This document shows positions 26,107-38,149 of a stretch of DNA of 64,000 nucleotides, piece after piece. Origin of the DNA: Felis catus. Its lineage: Eukaryota. The translations under genes were made by a program, and so were the position numbers. Location: the NCBI RefSeq assembly GCF_018350175.1, contig NC_058373.1, positions 107,820,001 through 107,884,000 of the forward strand, given 5' to 3'. A model generated the notes under the pieces. The model saw only the letters and a program-made list of their open reading frames with translations. It did not search any database and had not been told where the DNA came from. The number at the start of each line of letters is the position of its first letter. The stretch's first letter is position 1.

Positions 26107-26949
26107 TAGAGTTCTTGTTCTTATCTTGGATGCTGAAGGACTTTATATTAAAAAAGCACTATGAAGTCGGGTCTGCCCAGTGTCTCGGGATGTCAAACGA
26201 GCATCAGCCTGGGATCCCTGAGGGATGGTCAAAGCTCGAGAAATATCGGTTGAGCTTCAGGGTGCATCTGAGGCTGTGGTTTTGAAGGTCAGATGTTAAA
26301 ATGTGTAATGCTTTGCAAACTGTAGAGTGCTTTACGAAAGTATGCTAGTGGGGTTCCTGTCTCCATGTTCCTATTATGGTAACAAGACCCCTGCCTGGGA
26401 CCCCATGAATACTCAAGCAGGTTTGTTTTATTTTGACATTATATTTTCAGAAGCCTCAAGAAGTTAGTGAACAATGACTAATATGCTCCTGACTTATCTC
26501 TATGCCTATTTTCCTTTCATGACTTCCTTTAGGAGTTCTGCCACCAGCTCAGATTCTAGAATTCCAAAGCTCTCCTTAAGAAATTGCTTACATGGGGCAG
26601 TGATCTGCGATATACAGGACGGGTATTAGGAGCTGCTGACTACTCCTCATTTCTTCCTCTCTCATTTTCTTATCTGTCATTAATTATACTGAAAGAGCAG
26701 CTAAGGCAAAAAAGCTTTTATTAAATGTAAGACGTGACTGAGAAAGGACATGGGAAATACCTGCTGGGTGCAGACCTGTGATTCGCCACAGATACTGGGG
26801 AGATAAAGATGAACAGGACTTAGGCACTTTCCTGAGGGAGCTCGTAGGAGAGAGGGTAGACACGCCCTATGTGTGCAGGACAGGCACCCAGGTCCCACCA
26901 TGGGAATGGGTCCAAGGCATGGTCGTGGCATGTAGGAATGTGTAATCAG

Positions 26950-27790
26950 ATCAGCCAGAAGGTTTTAGAGAAAGCTTCACAGGGGAGGTGATGTTTAAAG
27001 GAAGTTCAAATGATAAACAGAAATGTGCCAGGAGGGGAGGATAGTTTAAGAGGGGAAGACAGTTTGTACAGAGGCACAGAGGTGACAGAGCAGCAGCATG
27101 TTCCAGAAACTGAAAGTAGTGGGGAGGCATCGGAGTTTGGGGAGTGTGAGGGAGATGTGGCCAGACACGTGGGAGGGCCTTCTGTGATGGTTTGCCTGGA
27201 ACGGTCACAGTTTTGTCTCCTATACCAGGGTAACTATTAACAGGGCCACCTTTCACTCTCAAAAGGTTAGAAGATAAATTACGTGGGCATATCACTTCTA
27301 GGTTAGTAGAAGTGATGGGTGCCAATGAAGAGTTCCAAGCAGAGAGAAATAAGATCTCCTTTGGTAGCAGTGGGTTCCAGGGGCTGGGAGCTAGGGGGTG
27401 TTAGAGCCTAAGAGGAGACAAAGGTGTGGAAAGCTTTTAAGAGACTATTAAAGTGGTCTAAGAGAGAGCTTCGTAGAGCCTGGTTTAAGTTGGAATCTGT
27501 GGAGGTGGATGGAGAGAAGCGGACAGCTGTGAGAAATGTATACACAGTATAACCAACAGGAGTTGGCGGCTCACTGGATGTCACGGATGAACAGGGATGA
27601 GTCTCAAATGATATTGTGGAGTCATTCACCAGGGTAGAAATAAAGGAATGGAAGGTGATGAATTCAGCTTGAATAGGTGGAGTTTGAAATGCTTGTGGGA
27701 AACCCAAGTGGAGATGTCTAGGAGGAATTGGAAATAAGAACTTGAAGTCTGGCAAGAGATCTGGTCCCAAGATAATAGCTGTAGGTGTCT
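26950..27790 (-). mobile_element. L2 fragment
   Basis: agaaagcttcacaggggaggtgatgttt...gatgaattcagcttgaataggtggagtttgaaatgcttgtgggaaacccaagtggagatgtc. Confidence 0.7.
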
Positions 27791-27911
27791 GTGAAAGACG
27801 GATCTATGGCCCAGCAAGGAGATTGAGAGACAAAACCAAGGCTGACCGACAGCAGAACTCTGTGGAACACCAGCACGTAATGACTCCAGCTCATGGATTA
27901 CAACCTGTCCA

Positions 27912-27942
27912 ATCGCGTCTCGGCCTTTTGGCTAAGATCAAG
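27912..27942 (+). pseudogene. 3'-truncated U2 snRNA retropseudogene (U2 nt 1 to about 31)
   Basis: ATCGCGTCTCGGCCTTTTGGCTAAGATCAAG versus U2 ATCGCTTCTCGGCCTTTTGGCTAAGATCAAG (30/31). Flanked by TACAACCTGTCC (27899-27910) and TACAATCTGTCC (27945-27956). Confidence 0.9.
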
Positions 27943-29062
27943 CATACAATCTGTCCCACTCAGTCAAGCTATGTTGAGGGTTTACTGAATGAACACCCAT
28001 TTTGTTTATATATTCATCACTCATTCAGTAATGTTTGAGTGCTTACTGTGTGCCAGGGACTGTCTCACCAAATAGCATAATGTCTTTCAAATTGGCATCA
28101 AAATGTTTGATAATGAAGTTTGAATAAAGAGCAGCACACAAAAGGCTTTGAAAAGTAACGTTTGAATTGGCGTTAACTGTAGTAGCTCCAAAGTTTGGTA
28201 CAGTGTGCTGTGTGCGGGTTTATTCTTAAGGCTGGGGTAAGAATGAATCTGCTCAAAAACCTACAGAGCTCCTCACTGAATTAAGATGGAACGTGAAAAA
28301 CTCTTTGTGTAAGTCCCCCTCGGAGCCGAAGGCATAATGTTATCAACTGCATCAGAAACCCATCACCATTGTTCATCTTAACAAAGGCGTTGCTCTTGAT
28401 CAGATGCAGAATTCCCCTAAGCAGTGCTGTTGAAGTAGACACGGACGAAGTGATTTGTTATTTTGAAGAAGCCGTCTTGTGTGTCACTCTTTATTTCATT
28501 CTGACTAAACCTTTCTGGGACTAACAACTGGGTCTGCAACCTAACCAAGACGAAATTGATTGTGGTGATGAAACAGACCTAGATTTCAGTGCCAACTGCT
28601 GGATGCTGACAGAGTGGCAGAATCTGACCCTGTTTATGATTGTCACTGTATTGGAATAATTTTTACCTAGAAGAGTGGAGTGACCAAACCACAACCCAAA
28701 GAAACCCAACCGAGATTGAAATAAAGGAATCTGATGAAAACGCATCAGAGTGAATTGATAACTGCTATACTTGGAAGAGAAGTAACAGAGAGAAATTAAG
28801 TTAAAATAGTGATATCTCCGTGTGAGAACAAATCAAAAATATGTTGCTGCATTGTTATCCTGCTAAGAAATATGGTGTAAGATCTTAAGATTAGGTTTGC
28901 CTAAGTGAAGTCTGCCTGACTTACAGTACCTCAAATTTAAATGGTTGGTCCCTAGAAAGAAAAATACAGTCACCACCATCTGTGAGGTAGCTCTGCTTAA
29001 AAAGTCAAGCCTGAATCTGGTCAGGCTTCCAGATCTACTCACCGGGTTAGAGGGCGGGAACA

Positions 29063-29310
29063 TTTTTTTTTTAATTTTATTTATTTATTTTTAATTTTTA
29101 AAAAATGTTTTATTATTTTTGAGAGAGAGAGACAGAGACAGAGAGCAAGCAGGGAAGGGGCAGAGAGAGAGGGAGACACAGAATTGGAAACAGGGTCCAG
29201 ACTCTGAGCTGTCCGTTCAGAGCTCAATGCAGGGCTCGAACCCACAGACCAGGAGATCATGACCTGAGCTGTAGTCCGCCGCCCAACCGACTGAGCCACC
29301 CAGGCGCCTC
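29063..29310 (-). mobile_element. CanSINE
   Basis: Diverged TSD gagggcgggaacatttt / gaggatgggaacatttt. Confidence 0.93.
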
Positions 29311-29710
29311 GAGGATGGGAACATTTTAAATGACGCTATGGGATGTTATCAGCAAAATCTAGACTGGAGAATTTTCCAGTATGAGAGACTTGGTTTTTTT
29401 TCAACCACAAATTGAAAGAAAAGAGAGGGCGAGAAAACCAAAAGAACAGAAGAGTGACATATTCACCAGTTTCAATATATGGACCACATTCTATCCCAGT
29501 TCAAACACAAATTGTAAAACAAACAATAACCCCCAGGAAAGCACTGAGGAAATGGGAACAGGGATTGGAAATTATTAAGGAATTATTAATTAAGGAATTA
29601 TTAATATTACTTAGGTGTGATTATGGTATTGCAGTTGCTTAAAACAAAAAGGGGGCATCTGTTAGAGATAAACTTCGAAATATTTACTAGTGCAATTGTT
29701 TGATATTTGA

Positions 29711-29826
29711 CTGGAGCATTTAGTCCATTTACATTCAGAGAGATTATCGCAAGATACGAATTTAGTGCCATTGTGTTACCTGTAACGCTGGTGTTTCTGG
29801 TGGTGGTCTCTGTTCTTTTCTAGTCT
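29711..29826 (-). mobile_element. Internal L1 fragment spanning the inter-ORF region and the ORF2 start
   Basis: The minus strand from the ATG at 29771 reads MALNSYLAIISLNVNGLNAPVK, the L1 endonuclease N-terminus. Flanked by ATATTTGA direct repeats. Confidence 0.85.
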
Positions 29827-32159
29827 ATATTTGAGATTTACCTTAGAATAATCAAGAAGTGGGAGGAGGGAATGGGGTACAGATAAAATCAGATTAGCCG
29901 TGAATTGATTGATGAAGCTGGGTGTGGGCTACATGTGGGTTTGCTAGACTCTTCTATTTTTGTGTGTGTTTGAAATTGTATTTAATAAGTAAAAAATCAA
30001 GATAAAACTTCACATTAAAAAAAATCTATTTCCTAGACAAAAACCAGAATCTGGATCGCCTCTGTATCATCAATATGCTGCTTTGACTTCAGACACGTAT
30101 TACCTATCCTCATTTATAAATTAAAGCTGGTGTTTGTTGGCTCCTTTTTTTTTTTTTTTTGGTCTCTCTCTATTTTATCATTAATTCCCAATTTTTATAT
30201 ATTGTGAAGAGGCAAGTTAAAAATTATGACTAAGGCACTTCAGTACATTTTTTTAAAGTTCTAAATAAATACTAAGCCGTGAGTCAAAAACGGCAGGTAG
30301 GAAGAGATGAGTAAGATAATTCCCTTCCTTCCCTCGTACAGTTCTCACTTAAAATGAATGACAAGTAAATCATCTCCTACTAACAATTACATAACATTTT
30401 GTACTTGCAAAGTTTAATTTTAAGATAGTTTCCTAAAAGAATAAAGTAAATCAGAAAAATTAACGGTGGAAGTGTCTTTATGAAGATAGTAAGACAGAAG
30501 TTCTGTGAGGACAAGCTTTTTCTCCGGAAATCCCCAAGCATGCATGAAGGTATCCTGTACCAGACTTTGTTTTGGCAAGGGGTGGGTGGGTAACTTCTCA
30601 AAAAACAAAAATACAACCTGACCAAACAGTTGTCATTTGTGGATTTGAAGCTTGTCTAGAAAACTTTGCTAAAACTTGGACTTGCTTCCCTTCTTTCAGA
30701 CTCTTACTATGTTACTGGATATTCATTTCTCCTGGGGAGAATATGGAAGGTGCACTTGAATTTGGGGATCTGTTTATTCTTTTTGCCAAAGCAGTGCATT
30801 ACTGTGTAGAGTAAGGCCTGATTGTTTTATTTTGGGGGGGGGGAGCATTGCCTCAGTGTTTAGCTCAAATTTCCTGTGTCAAACCATTGGTTTAAGACTA
30901 ATTAAGCTCTGTGCTCAATCATTGTGGCCTCATGCATGAAGGCAGATCAAACATGTTACCGTTTGAAAGCTGCAACCCGCAGTTTCTCACTGTGTCTAAT
31001 GCTCACAGTGAATGTCAGTTTTATAGGGGAAAAGGTTATCTCTGATGGAGGTTGATGTTCGGTATTCCTTTCTCGTGTTTCAAGCCAGGTGACAGCGTGT
31101 TGATTTAATTTTTTTTAATTTAGCTTTTATACCAATGTTTCGTTCCTTTGCTATATTCAGCCTGAGAAGCAAGGGGGCATTTCAGCTTTGGTCCAAGCGG
31201 TTCTGTGGCTACCACTGGAAATGAATGCCAGGTTGAGGAAAGGGCAGGAGAGAAAGAGGCTTTGAGGGAGTGAAAAAAGAAGGGAAACTGGAAATGGAAG
31301 ATACTTTTAAGGGAGGGAGGCTAGTTGTCCAGTGTTATAGTTTGCCTGCTTCTCCTCTCCATCACAGCCAGTTCATTTACTGAATGCCTCCTGAGGACCA
31401 GGTACTGGGCTTGGCCTTAATTTAACAAACAGCAGCGGTCGTTGTTGCTTTATTTTCTTTCTGGAAGTGGGATGGCCTCTTACCCTGATAATAGGTGACC
31501 TCTCTATTTGATCCAGTCCCGTGTATTATGTCATTTGCTCCCCACACCAAATTTCAGAGGCTGATGTGATGTTCATTATGCAAATGGTGAATCCAGCTCA
31601 GAGACACTGGTTGCCGTGGTCTCTTGGGTGGTAAGTGCCAGACGCAGGCACAGCTCAGACTGGGGTGCTGAGGTCCAGTATCCTTCTAGGTCGCCCAGTT
31701 ATCTGGGAGGCATTTTGTGTTTTCTCTTTATTCTACCTTGGAAGGAAACTGTCTTCTAGGTGGTATAATCTCACCCTCCTTAGAGTTTTGTCATCTTTTG
31801 GGATGATATGTTTTTGCAAGGCTTCCCTTGGGTTCCTCGTTTTTAAACTTAAAGACTGATGCTCACCTGGAAAAGGTGCTGTCTTCTCAGATGTCAGACA
31901 TGGATCAGAGCACTCTAGAAAGAATGAGCTTGAGATTTGTTCAAGTTTTACCGGGATTATCAGTAGGTTCTCTTAATGCAGATCTTAAACTAGAACTTGG
32001 AAGGAATTAAAAAGTAAATAAGTTCAGCCTAGGGTATGATCGGCATATTTGTGTAGTTATACCCCAATCACCATTGGCTTCATCCTGACTACTTCTCTTA
32101 CTTTCATTAACTGTTGATGGAAACACTCTTAAGTGGTGGTTTTATTCAGAATTTTTCGA

Positions 32160-33010
32160 TTGCTTCTCAAAGTAAGGTTAGACAGACCTCTGAGGGTTCT
32201 GAAGACCTATTCAGGAGGTCTGTCGTTCAAAACTAGTTATTTATAATACAAAGATGTTATTTGCCTTTTTAAGTGCACTGTCATTCGCTCAATGGTGCAA
32301 AAGAAATGATGGGTAAAACTGCTGACACCTTGGGATGAATCAAGACACCCAGCTATGCAGTTAACATTAGTGTAGCCAACGTCTTCTGCACTGCCAGACA
32401 ACTGCAGTGAAAAAAAAAAAAGTTTCACTTAATGTCTTCGATGAAGCAGTAAACATTATCAATGTATTAAGCTCAGCCTTGGGCTATATATCTTTATAAT
32501 CTGTGTGCTAAGATGGGAATTAGGCATAAAGCGTTTCTGCTACATTCTGAAATACTATCATGTCTCAAGGAAAAACACTTGTATGATTGAGTTGTTAGCT
32601 GAGCTAGTTGTTTGTTTCTCGTGGAACACCATTTTTACTGGAAAGAATGACAAACTGTAGTAATGGAGCTTTGGGAATTTCTCAGGTATTTTCTTTAAAC
32701 TGAATAAAGTGAGCCTATTGTGAATGGATTGTTTCCAGGAAACAACTGTGATTGGATACCAGTGATAGAATTGGCTCCTCCAAGACATAATTAGAATTTT
32801 GGAAAACATATCTACCATTATGAGCTTGTCAGCTTGCAATACTTAAAAAAACAAAGACTTTTCTCATGAGTTTGTTTTTGATATTAATTAGCAATTGTGT
32901 TTTTAAATATTGTATAGTAAAATGTGTCAGCATTTGGAAGAAGATCTTTATGATTCAGTGAATTCATATCTTCAAAATGACCGATGCAAGGTGTTACGAA
33001 ACCATGTATG
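32160..33010 (+). mobile_element. Charlie1a/b-like hAT transposon fragment
   Basis: gaagacctattcaggaggtc...atggtgcaaaagaaatgatgggtaaaactgctg...gatgaagcagtaaacattat...tgtctcaaggaaaa (degenerate transposase sequence). Confidence 0.85.
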
Positions 33011-33088
33011 GGTTCGAACACACGAACCACGAGATCATGACCTGAGCTAAGGTCAGATGCTTAACCAACTGAGCCACCCAGGCGCCCC
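33010..33088 (-). mobile_element. CanSINE, head only
   Basis: gggttcgaac...gagatcatgacctgagc...gagccacccaggcgcccc with no tail. Confidence 0.85.
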
Positions 33089-34339
33089 TTGAGTCTTTAA
33101 TTTTTAAGACTATAAAACGCTACCGAGACCAAATTATTTTTAGAATTTATAGTTTAATTTTTCCCTTTATCTTTTTTTCAGAAGCCCAGCACTTTTAATT
33201 TAGTGACCACAGAAAGAAGGAACTGACAAATACTTGTGTATGTTGTATGGGGGACTGATGTTAGGTGACAATCAGGTGATACAGGTAACAGAATAATTCA
33301 GCAATTTTTTGACACTGTCATCCTGTTTTTCTAGTTATTTTTACTGTGCAGTGAACTTTTTCAGCCAGTTACAAGCCCTTTCTCATCAAAAAAGAAGGTC
33401 CAGAAGTGACACCCAAACAACCGGAAGCTGACGGTGGTTTCTAACCTGGGAGATGGCCATTCCGGGTAGCTTTATGCTACACCTCTGCTTGCTTCCAGCA
33501 GAACAAGTACAGTCACAGTACTTCTGAGCAAGTGGTTAGAGGTGTAAGTGCTAGAAGCTGAACCTCTAAAATAGCTCAGAGACCTATGGACGGAAGTATC
33601 AGCACGTTCACTTCGTGGGGCACTTGCTTATTAACTAGCATGCTGCTTTGAAAACACAGAGTCAGACTAGTCTCTGAATTTTCTCAAGCTTCATTTTGTT
33701 GTTGTTGCTGTTGAAATTACATTAATGTGGTATTCTTTGAGTGGAACTGAGATTTAGGTAAAACAGAAATGAGTTCATTTTTTGATAGAAAAATTAATTG
33801 CTCCAGAGTCTAGTTTCATTATGCTTCAGTCTCCTTTCTAGCAACCCCTGGCCTCTCAGTTCTTTGTTTCAGATGAAGAGCCAGTTATCCTGTCAGCCCT
33901 TTGCTTCGGTTTTCCCCAATAACTCCTTGCCCTGTGTCAGTGGGCAGGTAGAGAGGAGGAAGACCTGTTTCTTCCCTTCTCTCCTGAAACTTATCTTCAG
34001 CATCATGGTTTCATCCTGGTGTCTGAGATTTCTCTTCTGGGGCTCAAGTCAGTGCTGAAGGACTCCCTGTAGGAGGTTGAGAGTATGTGTGTGGGGAGGT
34101 GGGGGCACAGCGGGCTTAGATTTTTGTAAGTGGCAATTTAGTTCTCACATTATTTTGGAAAAAATCGGTAGCTACCTCTATGAATTTACATTTGGTTACA
34201 AAATGCACTGGGCTGAGCAATGCTTGTAAATTATTACCCCTTGGGTCTGGTGGATCAGAAGGACTATCCACATATACACACAGAGAATATGTATGTGTGG
34301 TATTATGTGCAGTATGTATGCATGTGCTTATTAATGACA

Positions 34340-34690
34340 CTAATTGATTTCCACAGAATTCAAAGTTTGGTGTGTGGGAGGAGACAAACGATTAGATAAA
34401 TTAACATAATATGCCAAGTGATAAATGCCATGGAAAAAATAAGACGGGGTCACGACAGAGAGGAGGGTTGGTGTGTGTTGTTCTTTTCCTATGAGATGGC
34501 CTTTGTGCCAGAGATCTGAAGGGAGGGAGGGAGGGAGGGAGTGGACAGGGCTGTCTGGGGGAAGAAGGAACAGGAAGTACACAGACCCTAAGGGGCGGGG
34601 CATTGTTGGTGAGTGAGAGTTGCAGCGATAGAGGAACATGGCTGGGCTATGACGTCCTGGGGAGGTGCCCGGCGTCCTGGCTGGCATAAG
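34340..34690 (-). mobile_element. L2 fragment
   Basis: gataaatgccatggaaaaaataag...ggcctttgtgccagagatctgaaggg...gctgtctgggggaagaagg. Confidence 0.6.
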
Positions 34691-35189
34691 GTCAGCACCC
34701 TGGTACTGTCACTTCCCTGTTGGGGAGCATGTCTTGTTACTTAAGTGAAGTTCACTTATATTTGATGCTGGCTGATTGAACATAATCTTTTCTCCTTTGG
34801 CTAGGGTCTTGAAAAGCACCATATTACATCCGTTTACAATGATTTAACGTAAGTTGCTGAAGCCTGAACTATTTTAAGTTCATCTTGAAGACTTTCCCAA
34901 GTTCTCTGAACTCCAGTGTGGTTTCTTATTGTTCTAAGCTAAATTTGGATCCATTACACAGCTTAGTAAGCATTAAAAGTTCAAATCAACTGTTTGGAGA
35001 TCCATAACAAGTCCGTGCACCTCTCAATATAATGAGCTATAATTCAATTCTGTTTGTGTGGGTTATTAAGAAATTACTTTTGTGTACTTCACCCACTTAA
35101 AAGAGAGAAAACTTAGGCTTAGCTGGAGTCTTCTGTTCTTGAACTTGGGTGGGAACTATCATTTGTTGGGAAGTGTTTTGGTTTTTATT

Positions 35190-35301
35190 ATTATTATTAT
35201 TATTTTTACTTAAGTAATCTCTACACCCAAAGTAGGGCCCAAACTCATGACCCTGAGGTCAAGAGTCACATGTTCTACCAACTGAGCCATGTAGGTGCCC
35301 C
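35190..35301 (-). mobile_element. Short-form CanSINE
   Basis: aagtaatctctacaccc...accctgaggtcaagagtcacatgttctaccaactgagcca...gtgcccc. Confidence 0.8.
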
Positions 35302-36931
35302 TTGTGAAGTGTTAATAAATGTTAGTGATACATCTATTAAACATCTGGGGAGGTAAATAGATTGGAGCTTGATCTGGGTGCTCTGTTGGGACTTAATATA
35401 TAACTTCTAGAAGCTTAGTTCTAATTGAATTTTGTTGATACTTCCTGTTTCATGTAAACGAGTATACTTCCAATATCTGAGTCCTTGGATTGGGATTTAC
35501 CAAGTACTGAAAATAGGGCCTTTAAAAACTACAAGAGAGGATCTGTTTTAGAGCAATGAAATCACTTAAGAATTTTGAAAGATATAGAGATTCTCATGCC
35601 CCAGACTGAATTGGAATCTCTGGGGAAAAGGCCAGGGAAACAGATTCCTAATAAGCATGTTGGCTGGTTCTAATGGTTATCCACATTTCAATACCCTTGT
35701 TGTATCCTAAATCATTTCTAATGTGATTAATGGAAAATTTTGACAGCTGGGAGGTTTGCTAGTTGAAGAAAAAGAACATGTAGGAAAAAGAAAAAACCAA
35801 AGACGGGAGTATATTACTCCAGTGTAGTCTTTTAAGTTGACAAAACACCTAATGTTTTAAGAGCTTTTAAAAATACCGTGACATAGACAGGTCGGGTTAC
35901 AGTTTTTGTGCTTTTAGGAGGAGAAAATGAGACTCAGTGCTAAGGCCTTGCTAATGTCTGCAAACACTCAGGGCTAATGCTGAGACTCAAGCCAGGCTTA
36001 AAAGTGGCAAAAGCAGGCTGGGAGTGTTGACAGTATAGCCTATCGGCTATTGGACTGGAGACAAGTTATAGGTATTTCCCTTCTCTTAGAGCAACTGGGA
36101 CCAGAAAAAGGCAATTTACAGTGATTCTAGTTACAATGGAAGCCAACATTACAAGAAATGTAAGTTTCAAAGGGTTTTCTTGGTACTCCGCCTTTGAAAA
36201 TTATGGAAGTCAGTTTCTTTCTTATATTTATCAGGGTTGAGCTTACAATGATACTTTTATGCTAATTCTTAGAACTGAGAACAGATCAAATAACTCAGAT
36301 GTGTTATTTTCTGACTGATTTAAAGGCATGATAACATTTTCCATTTCATGGTAACTTTCTCAACAATGTCATGAAAAGGGATGTATGTACAAGTATTTGA
36401 AGACATCATCAGTTTCTCCAAAGGCTGGGCGTGGCTCCATCGGTGTTGATCTTTTCTTCATTGGTGATGGACCTATACCTGGATTTACTGTATCAAGGGT
36501 TTGTTGTGATTGGAGTAGCTTGTCAGTGAATTTCATGATCTACATCAGCTACAAGATCTCACTTTGATCTGGTACCTAATTGTTATTGTGTATGTTGTTG
36601 CATGGGATGTATCTGATACTCATACTGAGAACAGCAGCCATTCATAGGCAGGGCAAGAACAGGGTAGGTGTAAGCAGGGAGGAATGTCCGAGAAGGGACT
36701 CATTTAAAAGTGCTTAGTGTGTTCATTGGCGACCAGTTTTATGCTTTGAGCATTAAGTTTACCTATATCAATATCACTATTGTGGGGATTTGGGGTAATG
36801 AAAACTAATGATGAGTTAGGGTATAATAACTCTTAATGCAAGTTGATAGTGTTCGGATGCCGTTCTGTAGAAGGGACTACATATCCCGGTATCACCATCT
36901 TATCTAATGCTTACTTAAAATCTGCCCAGGT

Positions 36932-37037
36932 GTGTTCGATTTGGTGGCATATATGCTAAAATTGGAATGATATGGAGGAGATTAGCATGGCCCCTGTGCA
37001 AGGATAACATGCAAATCCGTGAAGTCTTTCATATTTT
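36932..37037 (+). pseudogene. Full-length U6 snRNA retropseudogene (5' part of a U6-L1 chimera)
   Basis: Ungapped 106-nt match to recalled U6 (GTGCTCGCTTCGGCAGCAC...CATATTTT) with 18 mismatches by hand count. The ACAGAGA box is mutated to ATGGAGG. Confidence 0.93.
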
Positions 37038-37230
37038 GTGTATGATTCCTTTCACAGTTCATATGAAAGTTCCTTTTATAGTTCATAGTTTCATGTCCAT
37101 CATAGGGAAAGCAATGGAAACAGAGAGTAGATGAGTGGTTGCCTAGGGCTGATGGAAGTGATTGCCTTTATGGGTGATGCAAGTGTTGCAAAACTTGTGG
37201 TGATTGTTTCGGAATTGGAAAAAAAAAAAA
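37038..37230 (+). mobile_element. Old L1 (L1M-type) 3' end fragment with poly(A), fused directly to the U6 copy
   Basis: gtatgattcc...gaaacagagagtagatgagtggttgcctagggctg...gggtgatgcaagtgttgcaaaact resembles an L1MB/L1MC 3' UTR. A12 at 37219-37230. Confidence 0.75.
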
Positions 37231-38149
37231 TCCACCAGGTAACAATACCTGGAGCAGTTCTTTATAACAGAGGACTTGAGGAAGGATTCACTGACACAGA
37301 CCAAAGCTTATCTCTGGAAGAGAACCATCAGGATTTTATTAATATATTAATAAGTGATGATTCAGTAATACTCTAGTATTTCCTGCTGGCCCCTTGGTGA
37401 GGACACTGTGGGAACATTCACCCAGGATGCAAAGAGAACAGTTTCATAGTTCTGCTCAAGTGCACCTGTGACAGGTCATGTCTTGTTCCACGCCTCTGCC
37501 TCAGGTGTTGCGGGGCCCCCGTTGGAGGCCTCTGATTCCTCCATTCTTGGTTGTTGCCTCTGGGAATGCTTGTAGGTCACTCTAAATCCAGTCTTTATGG
37601 GCCTTCTGTCTAATATGCAGAATATTGGCTGTGTGCTGGCTGTGTCTGTTTGGACCATGAACTGCTCATGGGCTGAAATGGGCCCATAGACCAGCTTTGT
37701 TTTGCGTGTGGCCTAGTACAATGTTTTTGAAGTTTCCCCCTGTGAACTCTTCAGACAGGGCAGGGCTCTCCAGAGCACTGCCTTAGTCAGCACCTGTTGT
37801 TGTCCAAATTCCCTCTGACGTCACACCTCCCTGTCTCCATCTCTCACGTTGTATCTGAGCATTTGTTCAGTGTGTTTATTCAGCGCTGTATGGTGGCTAT
37901 GGGGGCACTTTTAATCATCTTTTAAGGGGAAGGATCACTTCTTTGCTGGAGGCAACTGAAAAACACTTTGGCTTTGCTGAATACCATAAAGGTTCCTCTC
38001 TTGGACTCTTAGCACCCCAACCTACCCAGAGGATCTCCCACTTACAGCTTGGGGTGATGCAGAGTTTCACTGTTCTGAGGAGTTTGGGGGAAGAGTAAAG
38101 AGAGAAATCTTTGTTTTGTTTTATAATCCAGGAGATAAGTCAGGCTTTA

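Larger units (their letters stand above)
28950..30000 (+). mobile_element. Old L1ME/L1MC4-like 3' end, interrupted by a SINE and a small L1 fragment
   Basis: ttaggtgtgattatggtattg...ttagagataaacttcgaaatatttac...gaagctgggtgtgggctacatgtggg...tgtttgaaattg. Confidence 0.6.

Noticed and set aside
36368..36567. Short ORFs on both strands in non-repeat sequence, as a possible processed pseudogene
   Set aside because: Neither translation resembles a protein I recognise, and there is no poly(A) or TSD.
36932..37037. Functional U6 snRNA gene
   Set aside because: It has 18 substitutions including the ACAGAGA box, no correctly spaced PSE/TATA (TCACC lies at about -40), and it is fused to L1 within a TSD.
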